The notes: a model not told the origin generated them from the sequence alone. A DNA stretch of 64,000 bases from Eledone cirrhosa (GCA_964016885.1 OZ024746.1:6138001-6202000), one strand, 5' to 3'; shown: positions 1 to 13,128, counted from the stretch's first letter. A program made the numbers and translations.

Positions 1-14
1 GCCATTTCTATTGT

Positions 15-56
<42 letters not shown>

Positions 57-60
<4 letters not shown>

Positions 61-202
61 ATACTTTGGGAGGGTCATGTTGCCAATAAGAAACACATGC
101 ACCAGATGCTTTCACTTCAATTTATTATAAATTAAATTTATAAATTTAGGAATTTATAAATTTCCGGTTGGTTGGTTGGCTCCACAACCAGACGATTGTT
201 CA
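57..202. mobile_element. Short fragment between (TA)n tracts, related to the hammerhead-bearing element at ~28870-29060
   Basis: aaacacatgcacc...tttcacttcaatttattata and ttccggttggttggttgg match 28920-29000 (aaacatacgcacc...tttcacttcaatttattata, ttctggttgtttgatttgttgg). Confidence 0.5.
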
Positions 203-264
203 TATATATATACACATATACACATATAGCATGCGGACACTAACACGTGAACGTATATATATGT

Positions 265-441
265 AGGCTTTTGGTGATCCAAGAATGAGGCACCATGTCA
301 AATGCCGTTTTGTAGTCTATCCATCCCATGGCAAGACCAGTGTGTCTCCTCTTGCAATTCCCCATTACCATCTTATCAATAAGTAACTGGTCCTTTGTAC
401 CACGAGTCTTCTTTCGGCACCCTTTCTGTTCGTCCGGTAAC
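265..441 (-). pseudogene. Internal RT fragment of the R4/Dong-like family (same family as 6331-8535 and 29963-32112)
   Basis: Translates [60 protein letters not shown], nearly identical to the other two copies. Confidence 0.85.
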
Positions 442-445
442 AAAT

Positions 446-545
446 ATTTACACGCACAAAACCCACATCGTACCGTTCTGTACCGTCCTGTGCCGTCTGT
501 AATGTTTTTCTTGATGTCAGCTCTTGTGGCCAATAAAGAAATAAT
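446..545 (+). mobile_element. 3' UTR remnant of an L1/Tx1-like LINE
   Basis: ttacacgca...taccgt...gtcctgt...cttgtggccaataaagaaa aligns with the Tx1-like 3' end at 6181-6275; followed by (ATT)n. Confidence 0.65.
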
Positions 546-571
546 TAATCATTATTATTATTTTTATTATT

Positions 572-3500
572 ACAGCTGCATTTATCTTGCTTTATGTTCA
601 TACGAGTTATCACCAAGTCACAACCAGTGACCTCAAGAGACAACAAGGTCCGCCATGTTCAAGAAAGAACATACATACTCAGACATGCATCTTTAGTGTT
701 TAGACTTGTGATGTACTTATATTGACAGAATCTTCCTTAGTATATGGGCAGTTCCCATTAGTACTATCTTTTGTATTTCTCCTATACGCGGGTTTCCTGG
801 GATTTGCGATAAGTAATCAATAGACCCCTTAGGTATCATTCCTAGAGCGCCTACAACCACTGGTATCGTTTTAGTTCTCAATTTCCACATTTTTCCAATT
901 TCTATCTCCAGGTCCTTATACTTGCTCAATTTTTCAAATGTTTTTATAGATACATTCTTGTCTATTGGAATGGACATATCAATTAGCCGGCATACTCTCT
1001 TTTTAAAGTCCTTCAGTATTATATCAAGTCTATTTGCATCTACTTTTCGGTCTGCTTGAGATGTGATCTTTTTTAAGTATGGGAGGTGGTTGATGCTCCC
1101 ACCAATTCTTTTGATGGGGCAGGTCAAAATGCTTACACATTATCCAATGTATGTATTGTGCAGCTCTGTCATGCCTGTTTAGGTATTCGGTTGAAGCTAC
1201 AGGACTGTACATTGAAATTATATGATCAATGGTCTCTGGTTGTTTTTTTACATACACAGCATAATGGGTTGCATCCATTTTTTATTATGTTGGCTTGGTA
1301 ATTTTTTGTTGGCAGACACTGATCTTGTGCTGATATAATCAGTCCTTCAGTCTCCGATTTCAGTCCAAAGGATACCAACCACTGATGGGTTAAAGTTTTG
1401 TCAACATCAGGATTGTTAGCTCTTTCTGGGTATTTTCCATACAGAGGCTTTTCTTGCCATTTCTTAGCCAGTTTCTGTAGCAGTTCTTTCTTTGCAGTTA
1501 CTTTTACCTGCTTTGCTTTTTCTGTGTTTTCCATTTCAGCAGTAAATGGGACTTCTGAAATTTGTAGTCCATTACTGTATCTTTGTGCATCTTTTGTAAT
1601 GGAGTATGATCTTTTGATTCTTTCCTGTTTCAAAACGAGTTTGATCATCCAATCATGTGACTCCCTTAGATATGTAGATAATCCAATTGTTGCAGTTTTC
1701 AACACAATATCTAACTGGATTAACCCACGTCCTCCTTCTTTCCTAGGGAGATATATTCTATCTGTATCTGCCTTAGGGTGATGCTTTCTGTGCATGGTTA
1801 AGAATCTTCTAATTTTTGTATCGAGCCTACGGATCTCTGTGCTTGACCAGTTGATGACATTGTAACTGTAGGTTACTACTGGTATGGCAAGCGTGTTTAT
1901 GGCATCGATCCTATTCCTTGCATTCAATTCCGTTCTTAAGATTGCTCTTACTCTGCGGTAACATTCCTTCCTTATCCTTTCCCTCATTGTCTAGTGCTTG
2001 ATTCCGTCTCCTTTACAAATCCCTAGATATTTGTAAGTTTCCCCTAGTTCTCTTATCACATTCTCCCGATCAAGATTAATGTCTGAACTTTTCAGCAGCT
2101 TCCCTCTGGTGAACGTTGCTTTGGCGAATTTATCTAGTTCAAACTCCATTTTAATATCATCACTGAACTGCTCCACAGTGGATAATAGCCCTTGCAATTG
2201 TTCATCATTTTTTTGCAAATAGTTTCAGGTCATCCATGTAGAACAAGTGATTAATGGTTTTGTCATAGACTTTATATCCATGTTTTGTTTCATTGAGCAT
2301 TTTACTTAATGGTATAAGTGCGATGCAGAATAAAAGCGGTGATAAAGCATCACTCTGAAAAATTCCACAATTAATTTTAACTTCTCCAACTTCCAGTGAT
2401 TGTTTTCACTATTCAAAAGGAGTGTCGTTTTCCATGTCTTCATACTGAATGACAGGAACCTCCTGACAACGGGAGATATTTTGAAAATCTCTAAATATTT
2501 TTCAATCCAACTGTGTGGCAAACTATTGAATGCTTTTTTATAATCTATCCAAGCAATTGATAGATTTTTGTGTCTATGATGACAATCTTCCAGTATCATT
2601 TTGTTAACCAAAAGCTGGTCCTTACAGCCATATGAGCCTCGTTTACACCCTTTCTGCTCAATGGGAAATAGATGATTTGTTATCAGGTGGTCATATGTAT
2701 ATTCAGTTAGGACTGATGTTAAAATTTTATACATTGTGGTCAAGCAAGTTATTGGTCTGTAATTTTGGGGATTGTTTGTCTCATCATTCTTCGGAAGCAG
2801 GAATGTAATGCCGTTAACTAGCCATGATGGTATCTTTTCTGGCTCCTTAACTATTTCATTGTAAAGTTGGGCTAACAGCTCATGAGACTCTGTGAAGGCA
2901 TTTATTTAAAAATTTGGTATTTTGTCTTTTCCTGGGGATTTCCATTTGCTGGTTTTTCTAAGAGCCAAACGCATATTTGTTCCTCAAAGTGAGCTGTATC
3001 TTTCATTTGTCTGTCTGTCCATGGGGCATGTATATTATGAACGTTTTCTTCGGCCCAGATCTTTTCCCAGAATTCTTGCACTTCCTCCTTGGGTGGTATT
3101 GATTTAGCAGTTATTGTTGACTTGCCAATTTTTCTGTAGAAGTTTCTTTGGTTGTTTTTGAACATATTATTGTCCTTATAGAATCTAGATCGTTTTTCAA
3201 AGCGTCTTATACGAGCAGCTTTGGCCGACACTTTTTGCTTGATTATTTCTATCAGCATGTCTATGTCACTTGTTGATTTTATATTGTGTTTCCTTTTCAA
3301 TTTTCTAAGTTTAGTTTGTTTAACATGTTCACCTACTTTGTAGTTTGTTAAAATGTCTATGTCAGATCGGAGAAGGTTTATTTGGCGATTGATGTTCTCT
3401 TGCCAAGTAGATATCTTGTGGGAATTCCTTTGTTTTGTCATTTTCACTCCACATAAGTGAGTGGTGACTTTAGCCGATGCATGATAGATATGATTTAAAT

Positions 3501-4478
3501 CAGTAATGCTTAGATTGTTTGCGATGATAATGGTTTTGATAATTATGTTAGTCTTGTGTATTATCTTTTGGTTCTGTTTGGAGTTCTGGATCTTAGGGAT
3601 AGTGTCTCGTTCCCCCATGTCAGATTCTTTCATTTTCATCCATTCGATCATAATTTCATCCTTCAAGTTCATTTCATTCATTTTCATTCATTTCTTTATG
3701 ATTTACGATCTCATTGTTTTCATTTTGAGTTTCATCATGGGCATGCACTCCCTCCACTTTTTCGATCCTTTCTTTAATTTGTTCTGTTGTCAGTGATTCC
3801 GCCCCAACCCTGGGATTCGAAGTGTTACAATTTACCTCGTTTTCACTGACACATGTTTCATTTTTCCTTCGCTGACTTTGTGCTAATAGCTTGATCTGAT
3901 CAATTTCTATATCAGTTAGTAACTTTTTTTTAACAATATTTCTTCGTATATTGGCTAGTTTGTTACTGTCAATATATCCTCTGTTTTCGGGATGTTTCTT
4001 TTTCCAGTTGATATATGTCTGTTCTGTATTCGATCTATTTGATGGGTAGTACATAGCAGTGTAGAAAGCCTCAAGAACTTCTTTATTGTCTTCCCTTGAC
4101 CATTTTTCTCTCTTTTTCTTTGGATTTCTTGGTGGTGAGCATGGAGGGCCAACAGTAGGAATATTCTGGTTATGGGAGGTCTCCAGCTCCGAAGTGATGG
4201 GAAGGTTTGAACCATTAGCTAATTTTTCCACCCCAGTCTGGTTCCTCTCTGAGGGACGCGGCCCTTTTTAACCCGGGTGACGGCCGATCCGGTATGAGAT
4301 TTTATCATTTGACATTTACTATATTTTGTCGCGTTTTATCCTTAACCGCCAAGGGGTAACCATTTCGTGTTACCACTTCTAGGACGAGTGTCAACCAAGA
4401 CTAGAGGGGTCGTCCTCCCCTAGAGACACGCCTATTCCCCGCCGGCCGCCATCCTGGTATTTCTTGGTCACGGGGTTT
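572..4478 (-). mobile_element. Near full-length, frameshifted R4/Dong-clade non-LTR retrotransposon (RT + CCHC + restriction-like endonuclease)
   Basis: Consecutive minus-strand ORF pieces: N-terminal KKREKWSREDN; QKGCKRGSYGCKDQL; AWIDYKKAF; NHLFYMDDLK (~2225-2255); RIYLPRKEGGRGL; CxxC..ETIDHI; RHD; KLSKYKDL and VVGALG endonuclease motifs. The 3' end runs into (TAA)n. Multiple stops and frameshifts. Confidence 0.92.
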
Positions 4479-4789
4479 TATTTTTTGTTGTTTTTTTAAA
4501 TTGTTATTATCATGAGTGGTTCCTTAATGTGAGCATTGCGTGGCTTAAGAATGAAATTATTATTAATAATATAATATACTTTTTGTTGAAGTTGCCTGTT
4601 ATTTTTGTTGGTATGTCGGTGGTGGTGCTGGGGCTTTTTCTATTGTTGGTGGGGAAGGGGGAGCCAGCAGTGCCATAGTTGTTGACGTTTGACCGGGTCA
4701 TTAAGTCAGTCTATTTATATATTTTGCTAGCCTCTCCCCTGTCTAGTGATACCGCCACCTTTCCCTTTCTTAAGTTAACAGAAGGTAGT

Positions 4790-4940
4790 GGGGGAATAGT
4801 GATGGTAGCAATGAAGGAGTGGTGGCGGCGGTGATGGGATAGTGGTAGCAATGATGGAGTGGTGGCGGCGGTGACTATAGTGATGGGATAGTGGTAGCAA
4901 TGATGGAGTGGTGGCGGCGGTGACTACAGTGATGACGTTG
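4790..4940. repeat. Short GGT/GAT-rich tandem repeat (~3 units)
   Basis: Repeated gtggtagcaatgatggagtggtggcggcggtga. Confidence 0.7.
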
Positions 4941-5325
4941 TCGTTACTGAGTTTTGTTTAATATACTGTAGTAGTATGCGTTTGTTTGATCTGTGTATCT
5001 ATGCGGTTTGTCGCGTATGTTTAATATATGCGTTGACATATTTCCTTAATATTTGAATTAAACATTTTGAGAAAACTTGAGATACAATACTAGTAATTAT
5101 TATTATTATGCTGGGATTGGTGGTGGTTGTGGTGAAATTGCCGTTATCTGGCTGCTGTATTTAGTGTACACAGAGGGGTGATAGGATAGGTGGTGTATCT
5201 AGTTTGTGGTGTTGGTAAAATTGCTGCTATTTGGCTGTTCTATATAGTGTAGACAGAGGGGGTTTTCTTCCATTTATAACCATTTTCTTTTTTGAATATA
5301 AAATTTATTTATTATTATTATTAAT

Positions 5326-6274
5326 ATGTCTTCAGGCGCTCACAGCACTCAACCAATCGGGCAATGTGATCAGTGGAAACTCCACCTTGGCGTTCTATAG
5401 AGGATTAGTGGAGGGGAAGAGCGACGACGTACTTGGGGAAACTCTAGGCGTCGACGAAAATCAACTAGCCAGTCTCTTCGGAAGAACTTTCGGGCCGGGA
5501 CCTATGGACAACTTCCAGAAATCCCTGGCCTGGCAGTGCTACCGAGGAGCTTTGCCAGTTCGGGATAAACTCTACCGGCATGGAGGTGCCGTCAGCCGGG
5601 CATGTCCGAGATGCGCGCAGGGCGACGAAACCGTCCTGCACGCACTTGTCCAGTGTCCGAGCATTGCTGACTTGTGGGTTTATGTCGAACACCTACTGTC
5701 GCGTGTAGAACGGATCCGGCTATCAGCTGAGACCATCGTGAGGATTGCTCCGCCCTCCTCCTTTAGCCGGGAAGGGCAGGCAATTTTTATCTGTCTGGTG
5801 GCCATGGTGAAAGAGATAGTATTGTGGACACGTTTGAAAGGCCTGAAGACGAGCACTTACCTCTTCGGTGATGCCCTGATTGACTTTTTCAAATTTCATT
5901 TGAAAAGGAAAATCAGGGTAGAGAGGAAAGTGCTCTCTTCCCAGCATTTTGTTGAAAGATGGGTGAGAGAGGCAAGAATGGCCCGAGTTAATGGGCCTAC
6001 TCTGAGTATGTGTCTGTAAATTAAAGGTGGAAAACTGGGAGAGGGCACTTGCCCTGGTGGTCAGAGTCACTGTGGCGTTTTGATGGGCTTTCTCCACGAA
6101 TATCCCTCGGAAGTCTCACCCCTATTGGGGAATTTTTCATTGTTATTTTTTTATCAAATCCTTTGTTTTTTTTTGTTTTTTTTACACGCAGAAATGCCCA
6201 TTTTACCGTCTTGTATTGTCCTGTACTGTCCTTAATGTCTACTTTATGTAAAGCCTTGTGGTTAATAAAGAAAG

Positions 6275-6275
<1 letters not shown>
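5326..6275 (+). mobile_element. 5'-truncated L1/Tx1-like LINE (ORF2 C-terminus with zinc-binding domain, plus 3' UTR)
   Basis: GC-rich block. ORF has LAWQCYRGALPVRDKL and CPRCAQGDETVLHALVQC (zf-RVT-like), stops at 6019, and is followed by a 3' UTR ending aataaagaaagc(ATT)n. Homologous to 25340-26522. Confidence 0.88.

Positions 6276-6331
<56 letters not shown>
6276..6331. repeat. (TTA)n microsatellite shared as the tail of two tail-to-tail retroelements
   Basis: Direct reading. Confidence 0.95.
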
Positions 6332-6333
<2 letters not shown>

Positions 6334-8535
6334 CTTGAATCTCAGTCATTGATGTTGGTTAACTGGAAAGTCCGTTGGAATGAATATCAAGCCACTACCT
6401 GCAGCCTCAGATATTCAGGACGTATCGGAGGGTTCTTGCTGTTCCCAGCAAGCATGCCTTTTGAAGCGTTCCAAAAAGCGTGAAGGGGCCGATTTTCTTT
6501 AACCATCCCTGGAAACTTTTGGAGATAGTCCCCAGTGCGCCTATGACAATCGGGATCACTTTGACTTCATGGCAGTTCCAAATCCTTTTTACCTCCCACT
6601 TTAAGTCCTGGTATCGGTTAATTTTCTCCCTCCCCTTCTCTTGCACTCTCGTGTCGAATGGGCAGGCCACATCCACAATCAGACACGCTCTTTTTTCTTT
6701 GTCCACAACCACCAGGTCAGGTCTATTGTGTTCCAGTTTCTTGTCCGTCTGTATCCTAAAATCCCACAGCACCTTCACCTGATCGTTCTCCATCACCGCC
6801 TCTGGCCTATGCTCATACCATTTCTCAGAATGTGGTAAATTGTTTACTTTGCACAGGTGCCAGTGGATCACCCTGCCCATCACATCATGTCTCCAGCCCT
6901 TATAGTGGGTCTGGGCTAGGTGTTTACACTCGGATACAATGTGAGCCACAGTCTCCTCTCTCTCTCCACAGATCCTGCACAGTGGACTAGCCTCCTCCTT
7001 GTAAATATGTTGTTTCAACCACTTCGTTTTGAGGGCCTGCTCCTGCGCAGCCATTAACATTCCTTCTGTAGCCTTTTTGAGGTCTCCTCTTCTCAACCAG
7101 TTCCATGTCTGTGGATCTCTAAATTCAGTTTTCTCAAAGAAGGTACTATGAAGGGATTTTCCCTGAAGGCTGCTCTTTCTCCTTGATGTTATTTCCTCCT
7201 TGGATATCCCCTGGTCTACTGTCCCCTCCTTCAGTACAGTTCTGAGCATTGGCTCCTTACTATCAGTCACGTATTTGTATAGGTTGTTTTTCTCCATCTG
7301 AACACAGTCCTCTATGCTGATAAGACCTCTTCCACCCTCAGATCTCCTTAGGTAGAGTCTATCGACATCACTCCTCTTGTGGAACATGTTGTAGATAGTC
7401 AATAGCTTCCTAGTCTTCCTATCCATTTCTTTTTGTTCAGCAACATTCCATCTCAGAATTCCCGCACTGTATCTAATAATAGACACAGCTCGGGAATTTA
7501 CTGCGCTTATGGCATTTCTGCTGTTCAGATGTGACTTCAATACGCTCCTTACTCTCCGAATGTATTCAGTTCTTAGCAATCCCTTCATTTTTTTGTTCTT
7601 TATGCCATCAGCCTCCAGAACTCTCAAATACTTGTATCCTTCCTCAGAGTCAATTTCCTTTATCATCTCACCTGTTGGTATCTGGATTCCGTTACTTCTG
7701 CTCAACCTACCCCTCCTCATCACAATGACTCCACACTTACTAATACCAAACTGCATACATATATCACTGCTGAAAATACGGACAGTGTCAACAAGCACAT
7801 CCAACTCCCTCTCACTCTTCCCGAAGAGCTTAAGATCGTCCATGAAGAGGAGGTGATTGATGGTAAGTTCTCCCTTTCCCAACTTGTATCCTGCTCTCAC
7901 TTTTCACAGCATAATGGTCAAGGGCATCAGGTCAAGGACAAACAACAGAGGGGACAGGCTATCTCCCTGGAAGATACCTCTCTTGATCTTCACGCTTCCC
8001 AAGGATTCTCCAGTTGATGTCAACTCTGTCTCCCAGGACCCCATACTCCTGCCCAGCAACTGTCTGATGTTATCTGCCACCTTGAAGATCTCCAGGCTTT
8101 TGGTGATCCAAGAATGAGGCACCATGTCAAATGCCTTTCTGTAGTCTATCCATCCCATGGCAAGATCAGTGTGTCTCCTCCTGCAATTCCCCATTACCAT
8201 CTTATCAATAAGTAACTGGTCCTTTGTACCACGTGACTTCTTTCGGCATCCTTTCTGTTCGTGCGGTAACAAGTTGTTTGTGTGGAGGTGATGGTAGATT
8301 TCCTCAGACACAATGCTCAACAGTTTCCACATTACGGACAGACATGTGATAGGTCTATAGTTGGTAACATCATTACCCTTGATTCGGTCTTTCTTTATCA
8401 GAACTGTGGTACCTTTTGTCAACCACTCTGGCACCTCACCCGACACCAAGCAGAACATGGCCGTCAGTTTCCGGTGGAGGGATGTTAAATTTTTAATCCA
8501 ATACCTCTGCACACCATCTGGGCCTGGTGATTTCC
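6331..8535 (-). mobile_element. 5'-truncated R4/Dong-like retrotransposon, second subfamily
   Basis: NYRPITCL, QKGC, GIFQGDSLSP, LLFMDDLKLF, CRICGEREETVAHIVSEC, RHD, RPDLVV..VDVACP, EKINRYQDL, IVIGALG. Flanked by (TTA)n on both sides, as expected for TAA-targeting Dong elements. Confidence 0.93.
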
Positions 8536-8555
8536 AGTTGGTTAGTTTTTTGGCC

Positions 8556-8609
<54 letters not shown>

Positions 8610-8622
8610 CATTATTATTATA

Positions 8623-8810
8623 GGACGGTGGATTGGCAGTATCGGTAGAGGGTCGGACGCTATGCTTTCCAACATAGTTACGTCCCTTTACAGTCTGAGT
8701 TCAAATTCCGCCGCGGTTAACTTTGCCTTTCATCCTTACGGGGTCGATAAAATAAAGTACCAGTAATGTACTGGGTATTTGCTGGCCTTGTGCAAAAAGT
8801 AGAAACAATT
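8623..8810 (+). mobile_element. tRNA-derived SINE with Deu/Nin-like core (family A)
   Basis: A-box-like tggcagtatcggt, B-box gagttcaaattc, core gcctttcatccttacggggtcgataaaataaagtaccag, tail ggccttgtgc..agaaacaattatt. attattataggac occurs on both sides (8614-8626, 8808-8820), TSD-like. Confidence 0.85.
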
Positions 8811-9540
8811 ATTATAGGACAGTTTTAACAGATAAGGTGTTGAAAATCCGGATATTGTGTGTCACTAAATGTGTCTCTATCAACTGTCAATAATTTTCCT
8901 AACGATTCAGTGCTCCTTAAAAGCAAGCTTTCTGGAGTAATGCTATAGGGCACTCAATGTCTATTTCCATTATTCTAATGATCATGTTACAGTTCTCTAG
9001 GTCCCTACCCCTGCTGGTATCACTTTAATCTTCTTTAATTTCCACAATCGTGCAATCTTATGTTTTAATGGATTCTAATTGTTTTCCTTTCCTTTACTTT
9101 TTTCTTCACTGTTGAATCAAACACTCTATTTCGTTTGTATTGTTCAAGTCATGCATTATACATTTGCAATTTAACAGCATTTGCCAGAGGCATTGTTTTA
9201 CTTCTTCGTCTTCTATATCTAACCCTTTTTTTGCTTTCTCGGTACATATGTTTCAGTTTATAATATGGTCCTTTCGTTCTTCCTTTTTCATTCTGTTTAT
9301 TTTTCCCAAATCAGCCATCCTTTTTATTTTCAGCCTGGTTTTTGTTCTCTATTGTCGTTCTTTATTTTTCAATGTCTGGTCCCTAACATACTTTCCATGT
9401 CCTTTTAATTCTGCTACTATTTTCCCCTTCATCCCCCAAATTGGTGCCTTGTGCCTAAATCAGAAACCATTAGTATTGTTATTATTGCTCCTGCTGTTAA
9501 AATGTAGCCCAACTCATTCTCAGATTTAATTATAATAAAA

Positions 9541-9670
9541 TAATTGTTTCTACTTTTGGCACAAGGCCAGCAATTAACCAGTGCATTACTGGTACTTTAT
9601 TTTATCGACCCCGTAAGGATGAAAGGCAAAGTTAACCTCGGCGGGATTTGAATGGCAAGGGCCGTAACTA
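9541..9670 (-). mobile_element. SINE family A, truncated
   Basis: Reverse complement of the core and tail. Confidence 0.8.
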
Positions 9671-10914
9671 TTTCAGAATTCTGTTGAAAATAGCAACTCA
9701 CAAAATAATTGCTTGACAAGGATAACGATGAAGAATTGCTTTTTATAAACAACGGAATCTACTTTTCACTAAATATTAAGAATAAAAACCTTGTCTCCGT
9801 GACCACATTTTGAATTTTCCACATGATATTATACACAAAGAAATATTTATGCTAAACGTCAACATTAAGGAAGGGAAAACATACTTGGATTAAAAAATGA
9901 TAACGAATTGACAACTAAAAAAGTCCATGAATTTATATATAGATTTATTGATGGACACATTATAAAAATCTTGTTTTATATATGTCAGAAAACAGTGTAT
10001 ACCATGGAAAGTTTAAACGTTACACCCGACAGAAATTTCTGAGAAGGATTAATCCATAAGGAGGTGAATTTATGAATAATTTTAAATGCAAATCTAGTAG
10101 CTTTTGTGGCATTCCAACAATTCGCGAAAGCAATAGAATAAATGAAGCATTATATTAATGGGTTATCACAAATTATGACAGATAGTAGCTGGGAAACATG
10201 GATATATTGAACGTCTAACATTTTAGATCATCTTCCTGAAATAAACTACAACGAGTGAAATAAAGAGAATTAAATGCAGAAATTTAGTATTAGATATATT
10301 CACAAGAGTTTGAAAACAATATATATGTTTGCTAATTATATCAATCTCCAATCTAATCACATTAATATGAAAGTATTGACATGAAAATTCGGATTATAGT
10401 CCCCTAAATATTGAACAACATTCTCTCTGATTGTAAGCTTCCGTAAAATCAACATCATCGAAATTGGTGATAACAATCTAGCCTGAGGTGCAGATCTCAT
10501 TCAGTAAAGAAACCTTTTATGTATTTGGTATGAATTCTTGGTTTTGTCAGATTGCACATATAGTGTATGCAGTTTGCGCATGTTCTTGACATTTCAATTC
10601 AGTTGTGTCTAGAAGGGGTAATTATTTTCCGTAAAATTTATATTTTTTTTAATGTGAACAGTTCATCATCCGCAAAAGGGTGACAACTCTATTAAATAGC
10701 AAGAAATCGTTAACTATAAAACAGAATGTAAAGATTTTTTGCACGGCTCCAATCTTGTTTGTCAAAATTGTACGCCAACCACAAATTTATAAAGAAGACA
10801 TCATTAACATTGGCTCTTATGTGATGAATAATGATAATCTACATTCGCACTCCTGTTATTTAGCACATATGTTCTCATATAAGTACAGATGCAAGCAAGA
10901 AGTGATTTATTAAC

Positions 10915-11052
10915 GAGCTCGCTTCACAAGCAGATCATCCTGGGTTCAGTTAGACTGTGCGAACCCTAGGACAACTGACTTCTACAACAGACTCTAGTTG
11001 ATCAATACCATGTGAATGGAAATTGGTAGACGGAGAATTTAGAAACACGCCG
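10915..11052 (+). mobile_element. Degenerate SINE fragment ending in (TA)n
   Basis: B-box-like gggttcagt; 3' part ggtagacgga...cgccgtatata resembles a common octopus SINE end (recalled, not searched). Confidence 0.4.
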
Positions 11053-11080
11053 TATATATATAATATATATAATATATTAT

Positions 11081-11115
<35 letters not shown>

Positions 11116-11131
11116 ATATATATAATATATA

Positions 11132-11170
<39 letters not shown>

Positions 11171-11176
<6 letters not shown>

Positions 11177-11537
11177 AAGTTAAATAAAAGTCAAATGATT
11201 AAAATTTAGCTTCGTTTATTACTGCTATATATATTTCAGTGACAGCCATCTTTGGCTGTGACCTCTTCAGGCAGTTTGAATTAGTATGGTATGGACAAGT
11301 ACATATGTTGTTTAGGTGTATGATATTGTCAATACTCTGATATGCCCAGTTCCTTGTTGGGTTGTTAATTCACTGAGGAACTGGAGTCATATATGACTCC
11401 AGTTCCTCAGTGTTTTAATCATTTGACTTTTATTTAACTTTATTTTACACTACTCCGGAGTAACCAAACCAACCTGCGCACTTCGTCGAGTGCTCCAGCC
11501 TGCATACTGAGGTGTTGGTATACAACCAACATAAACT

Positions 11538-11542
<5 letters not shown>
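11171..11542. mobile_element. ORF-less foldback element (Penelope pLTR-like) between (TA)n tracts, family HH-1
   Basis: 34-bp inverted repeat 11171-11204 / 11413-11446; internal palindrome 11371-11412; tail 11447-11540 shared with 24858-24941. Confidence 0.8.
11221..11275 (-). ncRNA. Type I hammerhead ribozyme motif
   Basis: Minus strand: ACUGC-CUGAAGA-[ggucacagcca aaga uggcugucacu]-GAAA-UAUAUA-UA-GCAGU. 5-bp stem I, palindromic stem III. Confidence 0.85.
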
Positions 11543-11628
<86 letters not shown>

Positions 11629-11779
11629 CAAAAATGTATATGTATATGTATATATATATACATATATACATATACATATACATTTTTCTTTATTTTACTT
11701 AACAAAAAATGGAGGAAAATGAAAAGGAGGAAAAAAAAAGAAAGATTTATGGGTAAAAGAAAGAGAGAGGAGGAACAGA

Positions 11780-12086
11780 CACTACATCCCAGTTTCAGTA
11801 GTACCTCAGCCACGACCCGCGGACAAAACGGCAAAAGTGTTACCACGGAGAATGGTCATAGATACCTGCTGCTACAGCCAACCCAACCTATGAGCTCTCC
11901 TCCCGTGGGTCTCTGTCTTCCCGACATTATGGTAGAGAGGATGTCAGCAGTGTGGGGACCAAGGACGCCAGAGGTAACGACAGAGACCGGTGCAAAGAGG
12001 AAGTGCTCGGTCAGCCCCCAAAACATCACTTTGTTGTAATGTCTCGCTTTGATATAATGGTAGCACAGCCCTGAAGCACACGCCAT
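11780..12086 (-). pseudogene. 3' fragment of a CRE-like non-LTR retrotransposon (restriction-like endonuclease C-terminus)
   Basis: [17 protein letters not shown], then in another frame [13 protein letters not shown], matching the F.P.AVET.G.WG...QR.S.A..RGN pattern. Homologous to 33480-33730. Confidence 0.6.
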
Positions 12087-13128
12087 GTACTCCCCCCCCC
12101 CTTTTTTTCGATCTCTAGGGGCTTATATGTCTAACATCCTACATAGAAGTAGATTACTTTAAACTAACATACTTCCAAAATTTAAAATATCTCTGTTTCT
12201 TAAATTGAGTTTTGCTGATATCGAACTTTGGAGCAAAATACCTGTACATTTCTATAGTGTTTCTGGGATTTATGTGCTAACAGTTTTAGATTTGGATTAT
12301 TAGTAATGAATAAAACCTTTCGATTTGATTAACGAAGAAAATATAGGATTTTTGAAATATTTGTCAGTCAGTTAAATGAATAATAAATATTACTTATTTG
12401 TTTTCTTTGCTTTTTTCATTTGATAAAACGATAATTGGGAAAGAAATTAAAATAAATGCGACACTTCAGGTATTTAATCAATCTAAAAGAAAGATGAGAA
12501 TAAAATATCATTGAGTAAAACAAAATTGAATGAGATGCACAAATATTCATTGAACTTAACACTAATAGTATATTGTTTGTCTATTTAATATCAAAACGAA
12601 TCTTCGCTTCGTTTAAACAAAATAGTTCGTGCTGAAATCAAATGGCGATATATTTATACTATATAATTGATATTGCTGTTTACATGCTAAATGACATCAA
12701 TTTAACAAACTTTCCTCTTGATTGGAAATTTCTATCCTATCCCATACGCTAATTGTAAAAGTTTATAATCGTTTTTTTAATTCTTTTCTGCAATAATTTT
12801 CGGTCGTTGCAACATCTCAGACAAGGAGTTTCTCTGAATAATTTACAATATGGAATGTTTCCTCAAACAATTAAAATACTGAAAGGATCTTTCGGAGAAG
12901 TTGATCTTGAATTTGTAAACTACCCAAATACGTTCTAGTGTTTACTATGCTTCTTATCCGAGTTGACCCAATCTAAACATAGGGTTAATGAGTTGAGCAT
13001 CATACCTAAAGAAAGTATCAATTATGCATATAGACTACTATCTTCTCTTTCAATAAACTTAAACAAGCTTCAAAATTATTTTAAATTTGTTACGTCAATA
13101 ACATTATATAAGATAACAGATCCTGCAT

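Noticed and set aside
4335-4478. Canonical HDV-like ribozyme at the Dong 5' end
   Set aside because: The loop lacks the YCC/GG P1.1 and there is no C-containing J4/2 before a P2; reported only as a structured leader.
8623-8715. tRNA gene
   Set aside because: A and B boxes are present but there is no cloverleaf; it continues into the SINE core and is multi-copy.
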